From an uncultured virus (IMG/VR IMGVR_UViG_3300030060_005186) (taxonomy: Duplodnaviria > Heunggongvirae > Uroviricota > Caudoviricetes), in IMG/VR virus record IMGVR_UViG_3300030060_005186: DNA of 64,000 nt, one strand, 5' to 3'. Shown piece after piece: positions 10,386 to 24,400 of the stretch; within the stretch, counting starts at the first letter, position 1; each line of letters starts with the position of its first letter. The notes beneath the pieces are model-generated. The model had not been told where the DNA came from. It did no database searches and saw only the letters and a program-made list of their open reading frames with translations. The position numbers were made by a program, and so were the translations under genes.

Positions 10386-10729
10386 TCGACCTCCAAGATG
10401 AATGCGAACTCTACTTCATTATTAGTGCCTTTCTTGAATGCAGGTATGGCTGTCCTGAAAACAGGTATGAACTCACCAGTGGTGGAGTCCTTGTACTGGA
10501 GGTACACTTCTTGCACATCAGCAGCGAAAGTGTAGGAGGAGTCGAAGGAGCCCTCTACCAGTATGCTGTTATCATCTATGATGCGCACCGTAGGAGTGAT
10601 GGTGGCTAGTGAACGAGCCCCTCCGTCTTCCGCTGTGGCAATGGTGCCATCGCTCCCTATGTGTAGTTCATTGACGAGAGTGGCTAGATGTTCTACCATC
10701 CTACGCTTGATTGAATTCAACAAAGGCAT
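10382..10729 (-). CDS. Putative baseplate/fibre-attachment protein
   Basis: Pattern IGSDGT.AT..D...EV.L...FR....KK....E..F.LEV, seen in small phage tail-tip proteins. Coupled to both neighbours. Confidence 0.55.
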   Translation of the reverse strand: MPLLNSIKRRMVEHLATLVNELHIGSDGTIATAEDGGARSLATITPTVRIIDDNSILVEGSFDSSYTFAADVQEVYLQYKDSTTGEFIPVFRTAIPAFKKGTNNEVEFAFILEVE

Positions 10730-12498
10730 TACAACTTCACCTTCTTCGCACTGCTCTTGACAGTTCCAATCTCATGAGACCTTCCTCGCAAAAGTCGAAC
10801 TGTGAGATTGTTGGCTGGTATAGTGGCACTTGATGGTGCGAGGACGCTCACTCCTGTGAAGGTTGTGTTAGTTTTCCCGGTATATGTGGCGTGTATGCCA
10901 TCATTGATGACTAAATCACCCGTAGTGGGGAAGCCTGTGGTGGATGAGACGGTCAACGTCGTACTGCTGAAGGAGCCGCCAGTCAGACGAGGAGTCAAAC
11001 CCGTCCCAATAGCACCACGACTTGAGGCGTTACCTGTATCGAAGCCACGATGCCCTATTAGGAAGCCAGAGTGACTGTCGACACCATCATTGGCTAGAGT
11101 GATATCTGACGTGTCGCTGAAGGAACGTACCTTGCTACCCATCACCGCTCTAGTCTTCACGAGGGCTTTCACTCGCATGCTGGAAAGACCGATGGCGCTG
11201 TATTCCTTGAGTGTGACTGAGTTGTCCAGCCTAGGCGCTGAGTCATCAGCAGCGTCTTCAAGAGAGACATCGATGTTGGCTTGTAAGTCTTCGACACCGA
11301 CGTCATAACTTATTAAGGTGAAAGAACTAGTGCCTTCAGGGTATGAGTGAGTTGCTTCTAATATCGCAGTGCGTGTAGAAGAAGGCATGTTGATGTGATG
11401 GTAGTCCACCACATCTCCCGGTTGTATGTCCCATGCCTTCAGATGGCCGTCACTCTTCAGGCTGGACTGGGCTTTCCTGTTCAATCTGAGCATCTGATTG
11501 GCGCTACGACGGGCTGCTGCGCGTGTGTTGGCTGTCGGGTCAAGATGTGACATGGCTTTGATGACATTGTCCTTCTTCTGCATCTCTACGTCATCGACTT
11601 GGGCGATGTTGTTGTTGTTCAGAGCATTGCTAGGGCCTTGCACTGTGACCTTGTTGGCAATGTCGACTATCGGGTCTACCGTCACATTGCTAGCCACTAA
11701 CGCCTCTATCGAGCGGTCGCTTTGAGAGAAGGCAGACGGTGCGTAGGTGAAGTTGCCGTACCTATCAGAGAATAGCATGTAATGGTCGTATCGAGCGAGG
11801 AAACGAAGAGCGGTGGGTATGGTGACCCTGCGGAAGTCCTTTGAGACGAAAGAGGTAGAGTGGCGCAAGAGAGAGGAACCGGGATGCTGGCTATCCACTC
11901 CGCTTCTGGAGCCTGAGTATGGTAAGGACAATGAGACTGAGTTCAACGAGTACTTCTTATCATCGAATAGCCTCATGGCTAAGTCAGTAGTCCTCAAACC
12001 GACGTTCACTATCTGCCCGGCCTGCAGTGGCAAGTCCGAGTCTCTCAACCCTAACTGAGTGAGTGACCTGCCAGCAGTGTCCTTGAGTCCTACCTCTGTG
12101 GATTTCTCACGAGTTGTGATGGTATCGGGGAGTATCTTGTCTTCCCCTGAGAATAGCATTAAGGGCGCTACACTATTGGTAGTCAACTTACCATCGTTGT
12201 AGAACACAGGGATATTGTCATTGACACCCGGCGCTTGCAAGTGAGTGAGGTGCAATACACCGACCTCCTCGCTGTAATCGTACCCCTTACCAAGGGTGAC
12301 TTGGAAGTCGGATGTGGTAGGCCTGCTGAGACCTAGGCTTTTCCCCGTGGTTACGTCAGTCACCACCTTGTAGGCAGCATGGTGAACCGCATTGTCTACG
12401 AACTTGGGACTGGAGATACGACTACCTACACTACCGTGAATGGCATCTTGCTTAGACCCTGCATGAGCCGTAGTAGCGAAAGTTGGGAAGGAAGGCAT
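10729..12498 (-). CDS. Putative tail-tip/baseplate hub protein
   Basis: C-terminal half has a hub-like layout (IANKVTVQG..DDVEMQK..AARRSANQML..IQPGDVV..ILEATH). Position in the tail module. Confidence 0.55.
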   Translation of the reverse strand: MPSFPTFATTAHAGSKQDAIHGSVGSRISSPKFVDNAVHHAAYKVVTDVTTGKSLGLSRPTTSDFQVTLGKGYDYSEEVGVLHLTHLQAPGVNDNIPVFYNDGKLTTNSVAPLMLFSGEDKILPDTITTREKSTEVGLKDTAGRSLTQLGLRDSDLPLQAGQIVNVGLRTTDLAMRLFDDKKYSLNSVSLSLPYSGSRSGVDSQHPGSSLLRHSTSFVSKDFRRVTIPTALRFLARYDHYMLFSDRYGNFTYAPSAFSQSDRSIEALVASNVTVDPIVDIANKVTVQGPSNALNNNNIAQVDDVEMQKKDNVIKAMSHLDPTANTRAAARRSANQMLRLNRKAQSSLKSDGHLKAWDIQPGDVVDYHHINMPSSTRTAILEATHSYPEGTSSFTLISYDVGVEDLQANIDVSLEDAADDSAPRLDNSVTLKEYSAIGLSSMRVKALVKTRAVMGSKVRSFSDTSDITLANDGVDSHSGFLIGHRGFDTGNASSRGAIGTGLTPRLTGGSFSSTTLTVSSTTGFPTTGDLVINDGIHATYTGKTNTTFTGVSVLAPSSATIPANNLTVRLLRGRSHEIGTVKSSAKKVKL

Positions 12499-15400
12499 CA
12501 GTCATTCGTCCTGTTATCTGTATGTGAACTCTCCCCAGAGTGGTCGCTTTTGTTCAAATCATCGCCGGGATAGAGGGATTGAGTGTAACGTGGTTGTACT
12601 GTGTAATCACCTGAGCGAGATGCGTCTCCTCTGAGGTGCTGCAAAGTGTTGTCTGACACCGTGATACGTGCTACTGACTGCCTCAAGGAGGGAGTGAAGC
12701 CTGACGCTTCGTAGCCGGGTATGATTGGGCCAACGCTATAAGGAACTTGGTAGGTCTTCTGCGCTGTTGTTAGTTCTCCGTCACTATCAGTCTTATCATC
12801 AGCCCAAAGATTGTAGACAGGTGGGTACGGTGGGTTGGTCGGGCTTACCACTGTGCTTCTGACGTGTATGGAGGTACCAAGGGTAGAGCGACTTGAGGGT
12901 GCGTCATAGAGGAAGACACCATAACGCCCACCTGCTGTGCTACTGAGGGCATTGGTCTTCTCTCTGAATATCTCCAGATGGCGATGGTCCAATACTCTGA
13001 CGGGCCTGACTAGGAGTTTCACAGACATGTCACTGGTGTTGGTGTTCTTGGAGTGTGCTTCGTGCGCTGTAGTCTCGTAAGGATTGGAGGAGAGGTACTC
13101 AGCGTGCCTGCCAGATGCGAGTCCCCACCCCATGTCAGATACAGGCTCTACGTAATTGCTGATGTCGAGTATCAAATTGCCACCCAGAGGCCATATGCCG
13201 TGGGTGTAGTTCAATCTCATGGCCTGCACATTCGTCGGCTCCCCCGAGTCTGATGTGAAATTCAAGACAGATAGGTCGTAGTCAGAGAAGGCCCTGTTCT
13301 TGGTCCTGACACCACCTGCTACGAGGTACCTACGTCCCGCTATCCTATCTGTGTGCAGGCTATGGCCCTCTGTAGATACGATGACGTAGTCCTCTGGAGG
13401 CTTTCTTTGCACCTCGCTTAGGGTGATACTATCCAAACCGATGCGTGGGGTGAGTCTGGATATGGGTTCCTGCAGGTCTTCACCAGCAGGCAGCAGGCTC
13501 TCAGTCTCCTTCTCTACATTCGAGCCGGGCATGGCTTGAGGCTTGAGGAGCCCATCATCAGCATGGAGGTCTAGGACTCTTGATATGCCTTGGAACACCT
13601 CTCCTCCTTGGAAATCATCGTTGCGTGGTCTGATGTAACCTGAACCGACACTGGGTTCTGCGCTATGTGTCGACAGCATCAAACCAGAAGCATCCATGAC
13701 AGTGTCTATGTCTTGCAGCATGTCCTCATTGAAGACTGTAGGCCATCGGACACCACGACCGTCCCCTCTGTCTCCCACTCTCTTGGTCGTACCGGGGTCA
13801 TAGAAGTCCAACTCCGTACGTGAGTGGCCATGCTGTGACGGGGCCGCCATGACTAGCGCTCCCTTGGTACGGTCGGTAGATGAGTAGGCGTCTTCGGGGT
13901 CCCAAGCAGGACGTATCCCAAAGCCTCTCACAGGTGCCCTTCGTACATCCTCTCCTGTGGTGTTGCCCCACCAGTCAATCATGTAATGCCCTATCGCTAG
14001 AGCCAAGTCGCGCCTATTGTCATTCACTAGGTCTCTCCGTGAGCCTGCACCTGCCACATAGTCTCCATGATGATTGCGCAGGACGTATGGGTCGTTCACG
14101 AAGTTGCGTACTGCACAACCGAATGGGCGAGTCATACGCCTTCCGTGGCTGTACCGCACCTGTTGGCCCTTCAAGTCAGAGCCCACTAGCGCAGATGCGT
14201 TTGTGAGTCTCTCTAGCACGCCGGAATATCCTGCCATTGTAGTCTCATAATTGATAGCCACGCCGTTCTCAAGGGTACTAGCGCTGTAGACTTCACCAGT
14301 GACCGTGTCGTTCTGCACGTACGGGCCTGTGATGTAACCAGAGTGCTGCCCTGTGGAATCTAATAGTGCTTGAGTTGCCCATAGCGCAGCACGTGGTTTG
14401 TTGTAGGGGGCTCTCACTGAGAAGCGATAACCGAAAGAGGCGTTCCTCTTGATGTTGACATTGGAACCAGATGTACTGCACACGTCAGTGGGGTGGTCAT
14501 TCAGGCCTACTGTGGAATTGTTCGAGAGGTATATTTTGTGATAGTCCCAGTTCCTACCCCAACCCGCACCTGCTGTGCCCCACGCATCCATTCTGCTGGC
14601 TTGTGCTCCGAATCTGGAGCCTCCCGGCCAGAATGCACCGTAGTGGAACTTCTGATTGTTCGTCAAGTCACTAGCGGTATGCGCCTGTGGCACGTAAGTC
14701 GCACCCATGCTCTCCGGTTTGAGGATTTTACCACCACTGTCGTACACAGGACCGAAACCTCGGAATGCGAAAGGACCATCGCTGATGACGTAAGAGAAGT
14801 CGTGATAATGAACCGTTTCGTAATGCTCAGGCAGATGATTGTAGGGTTTCTTGTCCACGGCAGCATCAGTCATGTTAGTGCGGCTGTCTGAGTAATAGGT
14901 CATCGGCCTGCCTAGATTGTAATGCCACATGGAGAGATAGGCATCTGGAAGATGACCTGTTTGGGTGTCCCTAGTGCCGTCCTTGATGTCTCCGATGTGA
15001 TAGGCTGCTACGCTTGCAGTCTTGTCTGTGTAGATTTTACCCGGTGCTAGGGTGCCATAGTCTCCAGTGAGGGTTATCTTGCTGCCCACTTTGATGGCAT
15101 TCCAGAAACCTGCCGCAGCCGTGACCCCGTAGAATGTGTTAGTTGTCTCATTATGTCCGCCGCTGGCCTTGCCACGGTAATCGTAACTGGCTGTGTAAGT
15201 AGTACCGTCATCAGCAGTGACTTGCAGTTTCTTGTCGAAGGACTTCAGACCTACCTCCGGGAAGAGAGCGTTGTTGTCCACTAGTAGTTCTGTGGCTGAT
15301 TGGTCTTTGAAGCGGACAGTGCAGGTGGGATTCAATGAAGAGTAGGAGTGGAGTGTGGAATCTAAGAAGTGAGTCGGGTAACCGTGCATCACCATCTGTG

Positions 15401-18400
15401 CCCCTACTGCTCCGTACCCTGTACGACAATAGTGGAAGTAATCCTCAGGGTAGTAGTGAGACAGTTTCCTCCATTTGTTCGTCGTAGCGTAGGCTCCTTC
15501 AGTCGATGTGGCAGTCAGAGAGCCACTGCCGTTGACTGTCTTCAATGCAGGAGCCCACCAAGGGATAGTGAGTGTGTAGCCCGGTGTGGCTAGTCGGAAC
15601 ATATTGGGGTGATAGGGCAGGCTCTTCCGGGTCCATGTGGGCGAGGTGGATTCATTTATACCGAGGGGGTTATACAACGACAGAGGGGGTGTGTTGGCAA
15701 ATTGCTCGTTGGGTGATGGGTCTATGTCTAGCATCACCTCATTGAGATATACCTCACAGCCGCGAACATCGACAGGCAGTTGCTCTGACAGGACGAACTC
15801 GTAGTTATCAGTAGTCGCATTCCACTGCAGCCCAATGACAGTGACGACTTGCTGGCTCGTCAAGGACGGGTACTTGCCCCCAGAGAATGTCTTGTTGACA
15901 GCGTTGTAAGTCCCGCTGGAATCGAAGTCGTAATTGCTGTTGAAACCCATCAACTGCTGAGCAAAGAGGTTGGGCTGAATTACTATTTGATACGCACCAC
16001 TCTCTAGGGGGTCAGGGAAGTTCCAAGACGTGCTGTAATTGGTGCCAGATTCTAACCTCAGGATGTGGTCGCCATCGTTGTTCTCACTGTCATAAGCCAG
16101 TATCCCGTAGCCATCGTACTTGACCTTGGTCTCGAACATCAGAGTGAACCCACCACCATGGACATCAGATGGGGGGTGGGGAGTAGACATGGAGGAGAAC
16201 CACATGAGAGCATCGTGCCCGACACCATCCAAGCCTGCTAAGTCAACCGCGTTGTTATCAGCAGCGGGAGTGGCGCTTGCAACTATGGACGTGGCACCAA
16301 CGCTCTTTTCGACGCTAGACGTCGCAGATTGATATGCTCTGTTCAAATCATACACTCTCTGATAGAGGGGGTGGGACAAGTGACCGGGCATGACAGCCAT
16401 CGTAGGAGTGATATAGTGATGGCCCATCCTCGGCATGGGCATTGGGGTCAACCTGTTACTTCGTATAGCAGATGCTGGGCTCGCACTGGTTCCAACGCCC
16501 ATCCAATCTATGGGCTTCTTGTCGGGACTTTCACCACTCACCTCAGCATGGTCCCTTAGACGCCTTGCAGCAAAGTGCCGAGTGCTACCAGATGGTACGT
16601 AGAACGATGGTTTCAGTACATCACCGTCACTGGCAGAGAAACCGGGAGTGTACTTGCAGTCTCGGAATTCCAACCCGACTATGCTGGTGAAGGAAACCAG
16701 ATGTCCATTGACCGTGAAGAATGACCTGCCGTCAGGCAGTGTCTCTGCTCTCCATATCTCAGACTTGGGGATGTTATCGACTGTGACTGTCGTGCCACTG
16801 ACGGAGACTAGAGTGAGAGGGTCATGGGTGAGCGTGTTATTGATGATGCCAAGAGGCTCTCTGTCTGTGTATCCCCAACCCATCTTGGTCAGGTGGAAGT
16901 ACAGGGCCCTATCATGAGGCTCGTAGGACGTCTGCAGGAAGGACTCGGATGCTAGAGAGCCACTCTTGCTCTCCAAGGCGGTGTCACCCTCATCAGTGTC
17001 CAACCTCTCCCAACCCTCATTCTCAAAGAACGGCTCCTTCTTGGGCTCTGCATTGGCTGAATTGAAATTTTCTTTGACCACGTTCTCAGGGAGGTCAGGG
17101 CGATGCACACCTCCTGTACCTATGCTCTCGTGCTGGTAGGATTGTATCTTATCGAAGCCGCTTCTCACTACTATGTTCCCCGGTATGGTGTCAGGGTTAG
17201 GTAGGTTGATGGATAACGATGGGAGATTGCCGCTGCCAGCGAGTGCAGGGCCCTCTACCTCCCTGTCTACGACCTTAGAGAAGTCTCTGATTACAGTGCC
17301 GAAGGGTGAGCCACCTTCTATGGTGTGCGTCTGCCCTGCATCGTCAATCACGCTGATTTCAAGGAACTGCTCCTCTTCGTTGGGTATGGTCAGAGCACTG
17401 CTCACGTCCAGAGGGTACTTGTCAGCCAAGTGAGGCTGAGCAATCTCCTGTGCTTGTATGGTTGGGAACATAGCAGAGTTGGTAGTCTCGAACGAGAAAC
17501 GTGTGTTACCGTATATGTTCTCCCCAAACTTCACATAGGAAGAGCCTACCTTGCGCCAGACCCATGGCACAGCGCCGAGCCCCCTCGCGTTAGGACCCGG
17601 CATGCAAAGATTGCCTCCATCCATTCGCTTCCATACGGCATGGTTGATGAAGAAGTTCCGCGCTGCGCTGTTGCCTGACCAGAAGGAGTAGGGAGTCTGC
17701 AAGGAACTGGCTTGAGTGTCTAGTGTGTCACTGTCAATCTGGCTATGACGGATGAACTCCTGCCCGCTTTCAGAGGGGTATCGTGCTACACCGGGATTCT
17801 CTATCTTGTCGTAGAACAAGTCTCCAGTGGGGAACAGGCAACTCTCCATGGGATACATGCCTGCAGTGGTAGCCGCATGCGCCGACCATTCCCCGTCACC
17901 GCTACCCGGTGGAGTGAATTCTGCTGTACCTGTGGCATTGTAAGCGAACTGTGCATCAATGTGGGGTCCACCATTAGCGTAGGCAACGTATCTGTCATTG
18001 TTATGCCGCTTGTCATGCGACGCTATCACGGTGCCACCAGTGCCAGTGCCGGAAGGCGCCCACTTCTTGTCCAACATGTCACCACAGAGGATGAGCCCGT
18101 CCCTGTCTGCTTTGGCGATGATGGGAAGTTCCCCTTCATAGGACACCACTACGTAGTGGCGTGGGTGCAAGCCTGACATCAGTCCGTTGCTGTCTTGCGT
18201 GAAGGAAGCAACGGTGCCGCTACCGGATGTGTAAGTGGCACCGTTCATGGCGTGGCAACCCATGCTCGCCCCGTAGGGATTGAACCCGAGTGAAGGGTGC
18301 CATGCTCCGAGACCTGCTGAGACTCCGAAACTAGCACCTCCAGTCTTGGTTACCTTCAAACTGTTCAAGTATGAGTACCTCTCCCCATGCCATCCCACTG

Positions 18401-21400
18401 CTCCGACCGGACGAGTGCGGTCAATTGCATCTACATAGCCAGAGAAGTGAACCTGAGTGGAAGCGAGATGCTCATAGACGCTGTTCTTAGCGCCATAGTT
18501 CCCTGAAGAGGGGACATCATGGATAGCCTCGGGTGCTCCATTGCTCCACCTGAGATTCCCCGTCTTCGACCACACATACACGGTATCCCCATCCAGCGTT
18601 GCACTGGACGCTAACGCACTATCAGGCTGCTCGACAGGCGATAAATTACGAGCATTCGTCTCGAGTGTGAATTGACCTGCATTGGTGTAACTCTGGTACT
18701 TGGCGTAGTGAATGTTAGTACCGTCCCCTATCCTCAGCCATCCCTTGTCTGGGAGGCTGTTAGGCAGAGTCGTAGTCACTGAGAGTTGGGTGTCACCCGC
18801 ATCAGTCGAGCCTTGAAGCACGCCCACATTGACCCATGAGTACCTGTCTTGACGTATGGCGTCTTGGAAGGATGGCAGGAACGTACCACCTAATGACTTG
18901 AGGTTGCCTGCACCGGGGAAAGAGTTGATTGCTGCAGAGATGACGGCTCCCAGTTCCTCGGAGTTCTGCACTCGGGTAGCGTCTATCACGAAGACATCCC
19001 TTGCTGTATCAGTCTCCGTCAAGTCTGGGTCGTACGAGGACAATGCCAGACTCCCGACTCGGAACATGCTAGCGTTGAGACCCAGTGTCACGCTGTTGGA
19101 GCCAACGGTGACAGAGCGGGAGTTTGGTAGGAGAGTGCCGTAGATAGGGTGGGGTGGGTTCTTCCTCACCGCATTATCGAACCAGTTCCCTCCTGCTGTG
19201 TACCCACTGTCCATTCCCCAGTTGTAGTGGTAAGCAGCGTTAGTGCCGTCTTGGTTCATTGGATGGGCTATCTTCAATGAGGCTGTGCTGGTTTTCCAGT
19301 GAGTGCTGAGGGTGTAGGCGCTAGTGTAGGTGAAGTCGTCATTGAGCCACTTGCTCGGAGAGCCCGTAGCAGGCTCCCAGTTTCTCAGTATGCTGTATGG
19401 GTAGGGGGCAGACTTCTGGTACGCCATGGTCGGTGGCAGGTAAGGGAGGTAGTTACCTGCTCTGTTGGTGTAGACATTACTACCATTCTTGTACCCCTTC
19501 GTCAACTCATTAGGGTGGTGCTTGCCATTCTCAGTCCCGGACTTCACCACGCTGTCGTTCCCATGAACGTGAGTGAACTTCTCCGAGACTGTATTTACAG
19601 CAGCAGGCTCCCTCTCCCCTAGAGTGGCAGTAGCGTAGCCGTAGAAGTGCTTGGGGACTGACTGGCCGGGGCCGAAGATTACGTATGACACCTCATCAGG
19701 TGAACCGCTAGTAGCAGAGGAGAATCTAGCATGGGGGTGCGCGAATCTCAGAACGACTGGTGTTGGGTGTGTCACCACTGTCTTCGTGAGACTGGACCCA
19801 TAGATGTCCGTGGCATCAGTGTACCCCATAGTCTGAGCAGAGGTGCCTATCTTCAAATCCGGTGCTAGCAGAGCCTCGGCATTGGAGAAGGGAGGGTAAG
19901 TCTCCCCTCTATGCTGGTTGAGATAAGGTGTGCCGGGGAACATGGCTAGTATCGCCGTGGTGTCTAACAAAGCGAAGGAACCCATATTCTCACCTACGTT
20001 CTGCAGGCCAGAGCAGCCTGTGGGACCACTTGTGTAGGGGTGGGAGTAGAACTCAGTGTAGTCATTCTGCGTCCCGTCATTGACATCCATGACCACACCG
20101 CTGAAACCGCCACCGAAGTAGAGGGGCACGCTGTGGTCACTGCTGTCGTGCGCTCCTCTGAAGTACGTCAAAGGCTCTCCATGAGTGTTACCGGCCAGTC
20201 TGTTACCAGCGAACAAACGTCCTCTCTCACCTGACCAGAGGGAAATGAACGTATCATTATTATTACCAACGGAATAATCTGTGCTTGCAACCAAAGACGT
20301 GAAGCCAAGCGCCCCACCGAACGAACTAGGATGGACGTGGTTCCATTCCCCATCAGGAGTATGTACCTTGAGAGTCTCATAGAATGAAACTAGGCTACTA
20401 GTACCAAGAACTGGATGATGTGGAGTCACTAACCACCTGCTATTACCTGAGTTATTGTGAGTTAGACTGTTACTAGTCGCGCCCTTCATAGAAAGGATTG
20501 GATTGTTGACCGCAGGTGTGATGTGGTCACCGGGATAAGCCTGATACTTCTCTCCTCGTAAGTGCTTCTGCCATGTCGAGGTATCTATGGCGTTGCCTGC
20601 ACTGTTGATGAGAAGTGGCGTGGCAGTGTTAGCGTTGGCACCTCGATACTTGGTCGTGATGTTCAAGACAGTACGAGGTATGTAACCGTAGTCTGCCATG
20701 ACTCCGTTTTGAATGTGAGTGGTACCCAGTCCCCCTTTAGCCTCAGAGAGTTCGGCATTACCCGCATACAACCCCCAGTCTTGCGCTCGTTCTACGGTGA
20801 ATAGCGACGAGAGAGGAGTGACGTCGCTCTTCTCATTGAGGGTATGTACCTGCACGGCTGTCATCGCAGCATCACCCATCCATTCCGCGTAGGTACGCCC
20901 GTCAGGTGCGTACATCTCACTGCAATCGAATGCCTTCCCATCGTTAGGGTCTATGGTCATAGCATGCTCGACTGCTGCTGCTAGGAGTTCGTCAGTGACC
21001 AGCGTAGTCCAGTTCAGCATCGGACTGATGACAGCCTCTCGAGTCTGGTCTGTCGCCATGCTAGGAGAGCCATCAATCCCGAAGAATTTGTGAGTCCCAC
21101 TCGTCTCATCGTGTGTTCTACTAGTGTACCTGAACACATTGGAGGCTCTACTACTAGCCCTGTCTGTCCAAATTAAGAGACCTGCATCAGGGAATCCGAG
21201 GTGACCTAAGAAATCTAAATTGCTACCAGAAGGGCCAGCACCAGCGAAAGCCACGGTCAATGTCTTGGAACTAAAACTCGCAGAAGACACAGGGTAACCG
21301 CTGGCAGGCGCTCGAATGCCACTCCAAGTATTGCCTTTCCACGTGGGGTGAGCAATGTCCCCCAGAGACCAATTACGGTCGGTGGGATACGTGGTTCCTG

Positions 21401-24400
21401 CCATGTGCTTGCCAATGGTGAAGCCACCTCTACTGACGTCACGGTCATCTAGTGAAATGATAATCTCGTTCTCCAAGCCGGGTGGTAGAGTAGTATTGGC
21501 ATTGGCGAAAGACTGCCCTTTCTGCCTGTATATGATACGTATGGTGTGGTCTGTACCTCTGTGGTCAGTGAAGCGGAAACCATACAAGTCACTGTTCCCG
21601 ACCTTGGACTCGGCTTGCTCGTCACCAGTCACGTATGAAGAGTAAGCGCTGCTATTCGAGCCATACACCTCATTGAAACGACCACCCTTGTCCTTAGGGC
21701 CATAACCCATGATGCCAGCATCAGGAGCCCAACCGGGCACACCACTGGCTACCAAGCCACCGAAGTTGATACGGGAGCGGGCTCTAGTACCCACTCTCAA
21801 GCCATCTACTATACGCGTAGCATGCCCCTTTGACTCGAATGACTCGGTATAGACCGTATTGGCAGAACGCCCAGTCGCCATCTCAGTATTGACTTTGGAG
21901 TCAGTCCGGTCAGACTCTGCTAAGTTGTTGATGAATTCCTCATCCTCGTCATCAGATGGTAGCATTTGCACGAGAGTGGTAATAGGTGCAAATGGCCTGC
22001 CGTTCTTGGTAATCGGCATAGGAGCAGGGTGCATGTTCTCGTCCTCGCCTTCGGTAGGCATGCACCAGAAACTACGGAAACGACCACCATGACCCACTAG
22101 GAACTGAGGACGGTAGGGTGATTGTCCCTTGCTGTTGTCTAGCCATGTGCAGAAGTTCCTCCCAGATGCACCCGGTACCGTGCTATGGATGACTACAGTG
22201 TAACCGGACTGCCCATCAGCGTCAGTGACAGAACGCCCGAGATGCGCTCTCAGGTATCCCATGTGTGTACCTTGGTCGCCAGCGAAGGCTGTATCATCCC
22301 AGAAAGGAGCAGGGTCATGGGCTGAGCCTGACTGAGTCCGAGCCTGTAAAGCAGCCGATTGATTCACCCTACGTACAATCTCCCTTGCAGCAGACTCCAC
22401 ATCAGTGACAGGCTCTGCCTGACCGACTGACCCCAAGTCTATCGTCAACCTGCGTACGAAATCCATTTGGGTCCAATGAGGGAGGTTATCAAGTCGACTC
22501 TCACGGTGGCTAGTCAAATCTAACTCTGTGGAACGTGTACCTTTGAGACACAAGAAGGCTGGTATGGCCCTAGTCCCATCTGGAGTATCGAAGAAGGTAG
22601 AGTGCTTGGTGCCTACAGTCAAATCAGCAGACAACGCTTCCATAGCATGCCTGTTGCTGAAATCACCACTAGTCACAGTTGTATTCTCAGTGCGCCCAGT
22701 GCTACCGAGCAGACTACCACCGTAATCTATGTAGGATTTAGGAAGAGCGAGAGTGTTATGCTGCTGTCCTGAAGTGGTGACGTCCAAGTACGGACTGCTT
22801 TGATGCACGAATGCATTCTCGATGAATGTGGATTTGTCAGTGCTGCCACTGAGACTCCTGAACCTATTCTGACTTCTGAAGCCGTTGGCAACGTCTAGAC
22901 TTTCATTACCTATGCCGACTTTAGGAGTAGTCTGCCCTGTCTGAACTTGCATGTGGAGGTCATGGAATGCGATAAACTCCCTGTCATGAGCGACATCATA
23001 GAGAAGCACACGAGCGTGACCACTCTCAGCCAGATAGGGGTCTAAGTATGCCACTACTGGTATGTTCTCATCGCTGTACCCGAGTTCCAACCAATTGAGT
23101 TCTATAGTCTTGTTCACATGCTGAACGAAATTCCTCGCAGTCTCAAGGCAGGTGTCTCCTATCAGGAAGTTCTCCAGAGGTATGCTAGCACGAGCCTCGG
23201 TTCCTAACTCACCCCTGCCGCCATTGAAGCCGTTCCAGACCAAGAACTCGTTGCACACTCCACGAGACTTACAGAACATCCCTTCTATCGCATGTGGGTT
23301 GGTGTAATGCATGTTCATCCAGACTGTATCGCCATGCCGGAGACCTCCGGGAGCGAAGGGGTAGTTCCACGTTCGGTTCAGAGTATTGTAGAAAGACAGA
23401 CTGCTACCCGCATGCCCGTCATAACTGGCGAAATCGAATGCTCCGCTGTTTGTCGTGATGGCTTTGAGAGTGAACACATCACCATTAGTTGCAGTACCCG
23501 CGCTGATGTTGATGGTAGAAGCGTTGGCATGAGGTGTGAAGGATATCTCATCATCGTCCTGATTGATTGCTGTGTAAGTAGTGTTGGCCCATGCACCCGT
23601 GTCCATCCTAGGAAGTGATGCGCCGTCAGTGTACACGGTGGCACTAGCCGTGCTGGCATCTGCTATGGTAAACGTAGCAGCACCGCTCTCTATCCTAGCA
23701 GCATGAGGGTTTGCAGTGGGTCCTTCCTTGAACTCCACTGCACTGACGTACTGTCTCAACCCGTAGTCTATGTTACCCCCTTGAGTCTGTGTATTAGCCC
23801 TGTCGTGGTAGTAGGGCCTGCGAAACTCAGTGGCTGCGGTCTTCAACTCTGAGTCGTCTCTGATGTTGATGCCTGTGGTGTTCATGTAGGAACCGATTGT
23901 GAGGGGCTGCCCCACTAGTGTATCTTGGAAGAAGTTAGGACTGTAAGCATCGACAGTGAGCGCGTTTGTGGTTAGATTGATAGTGCCAATCTGGGCCCAT
24001 TCACCGTTGGGAAGATAGAGGCGACGATAGAAATGTATCTCATTAGTGATATCGCGCAGGTCAGTGTATGTCTTGAAGAACTTAGTATTGCTCACATCCA
24101 CTAAGAATTCTGCATCGACATCAGACACGAAGATGGTAGTGTTTGAAGTGCTACCTGTGCTCGTGACTGAGACTTTCAATTTGTCTTGGGTCCAAGCCTC
24201 ATGGTAGGGACCGACTGCCTCTCGGTCCATGGCAGGGCGCCCTGCAGGTCTTCTGCCTACTGGATTGGGAGCCCATGTGTGTGCTGTGAGAGTAGGGTCT
24301 AGGTGGATTTTCATGCTGTTGTTCGGACCGGGGAAGATGCCCTTCTCTGTGTCATCGAAGAATTGGTTAGTGAAGACTGGTATCTCCACTAGGGCACGAG

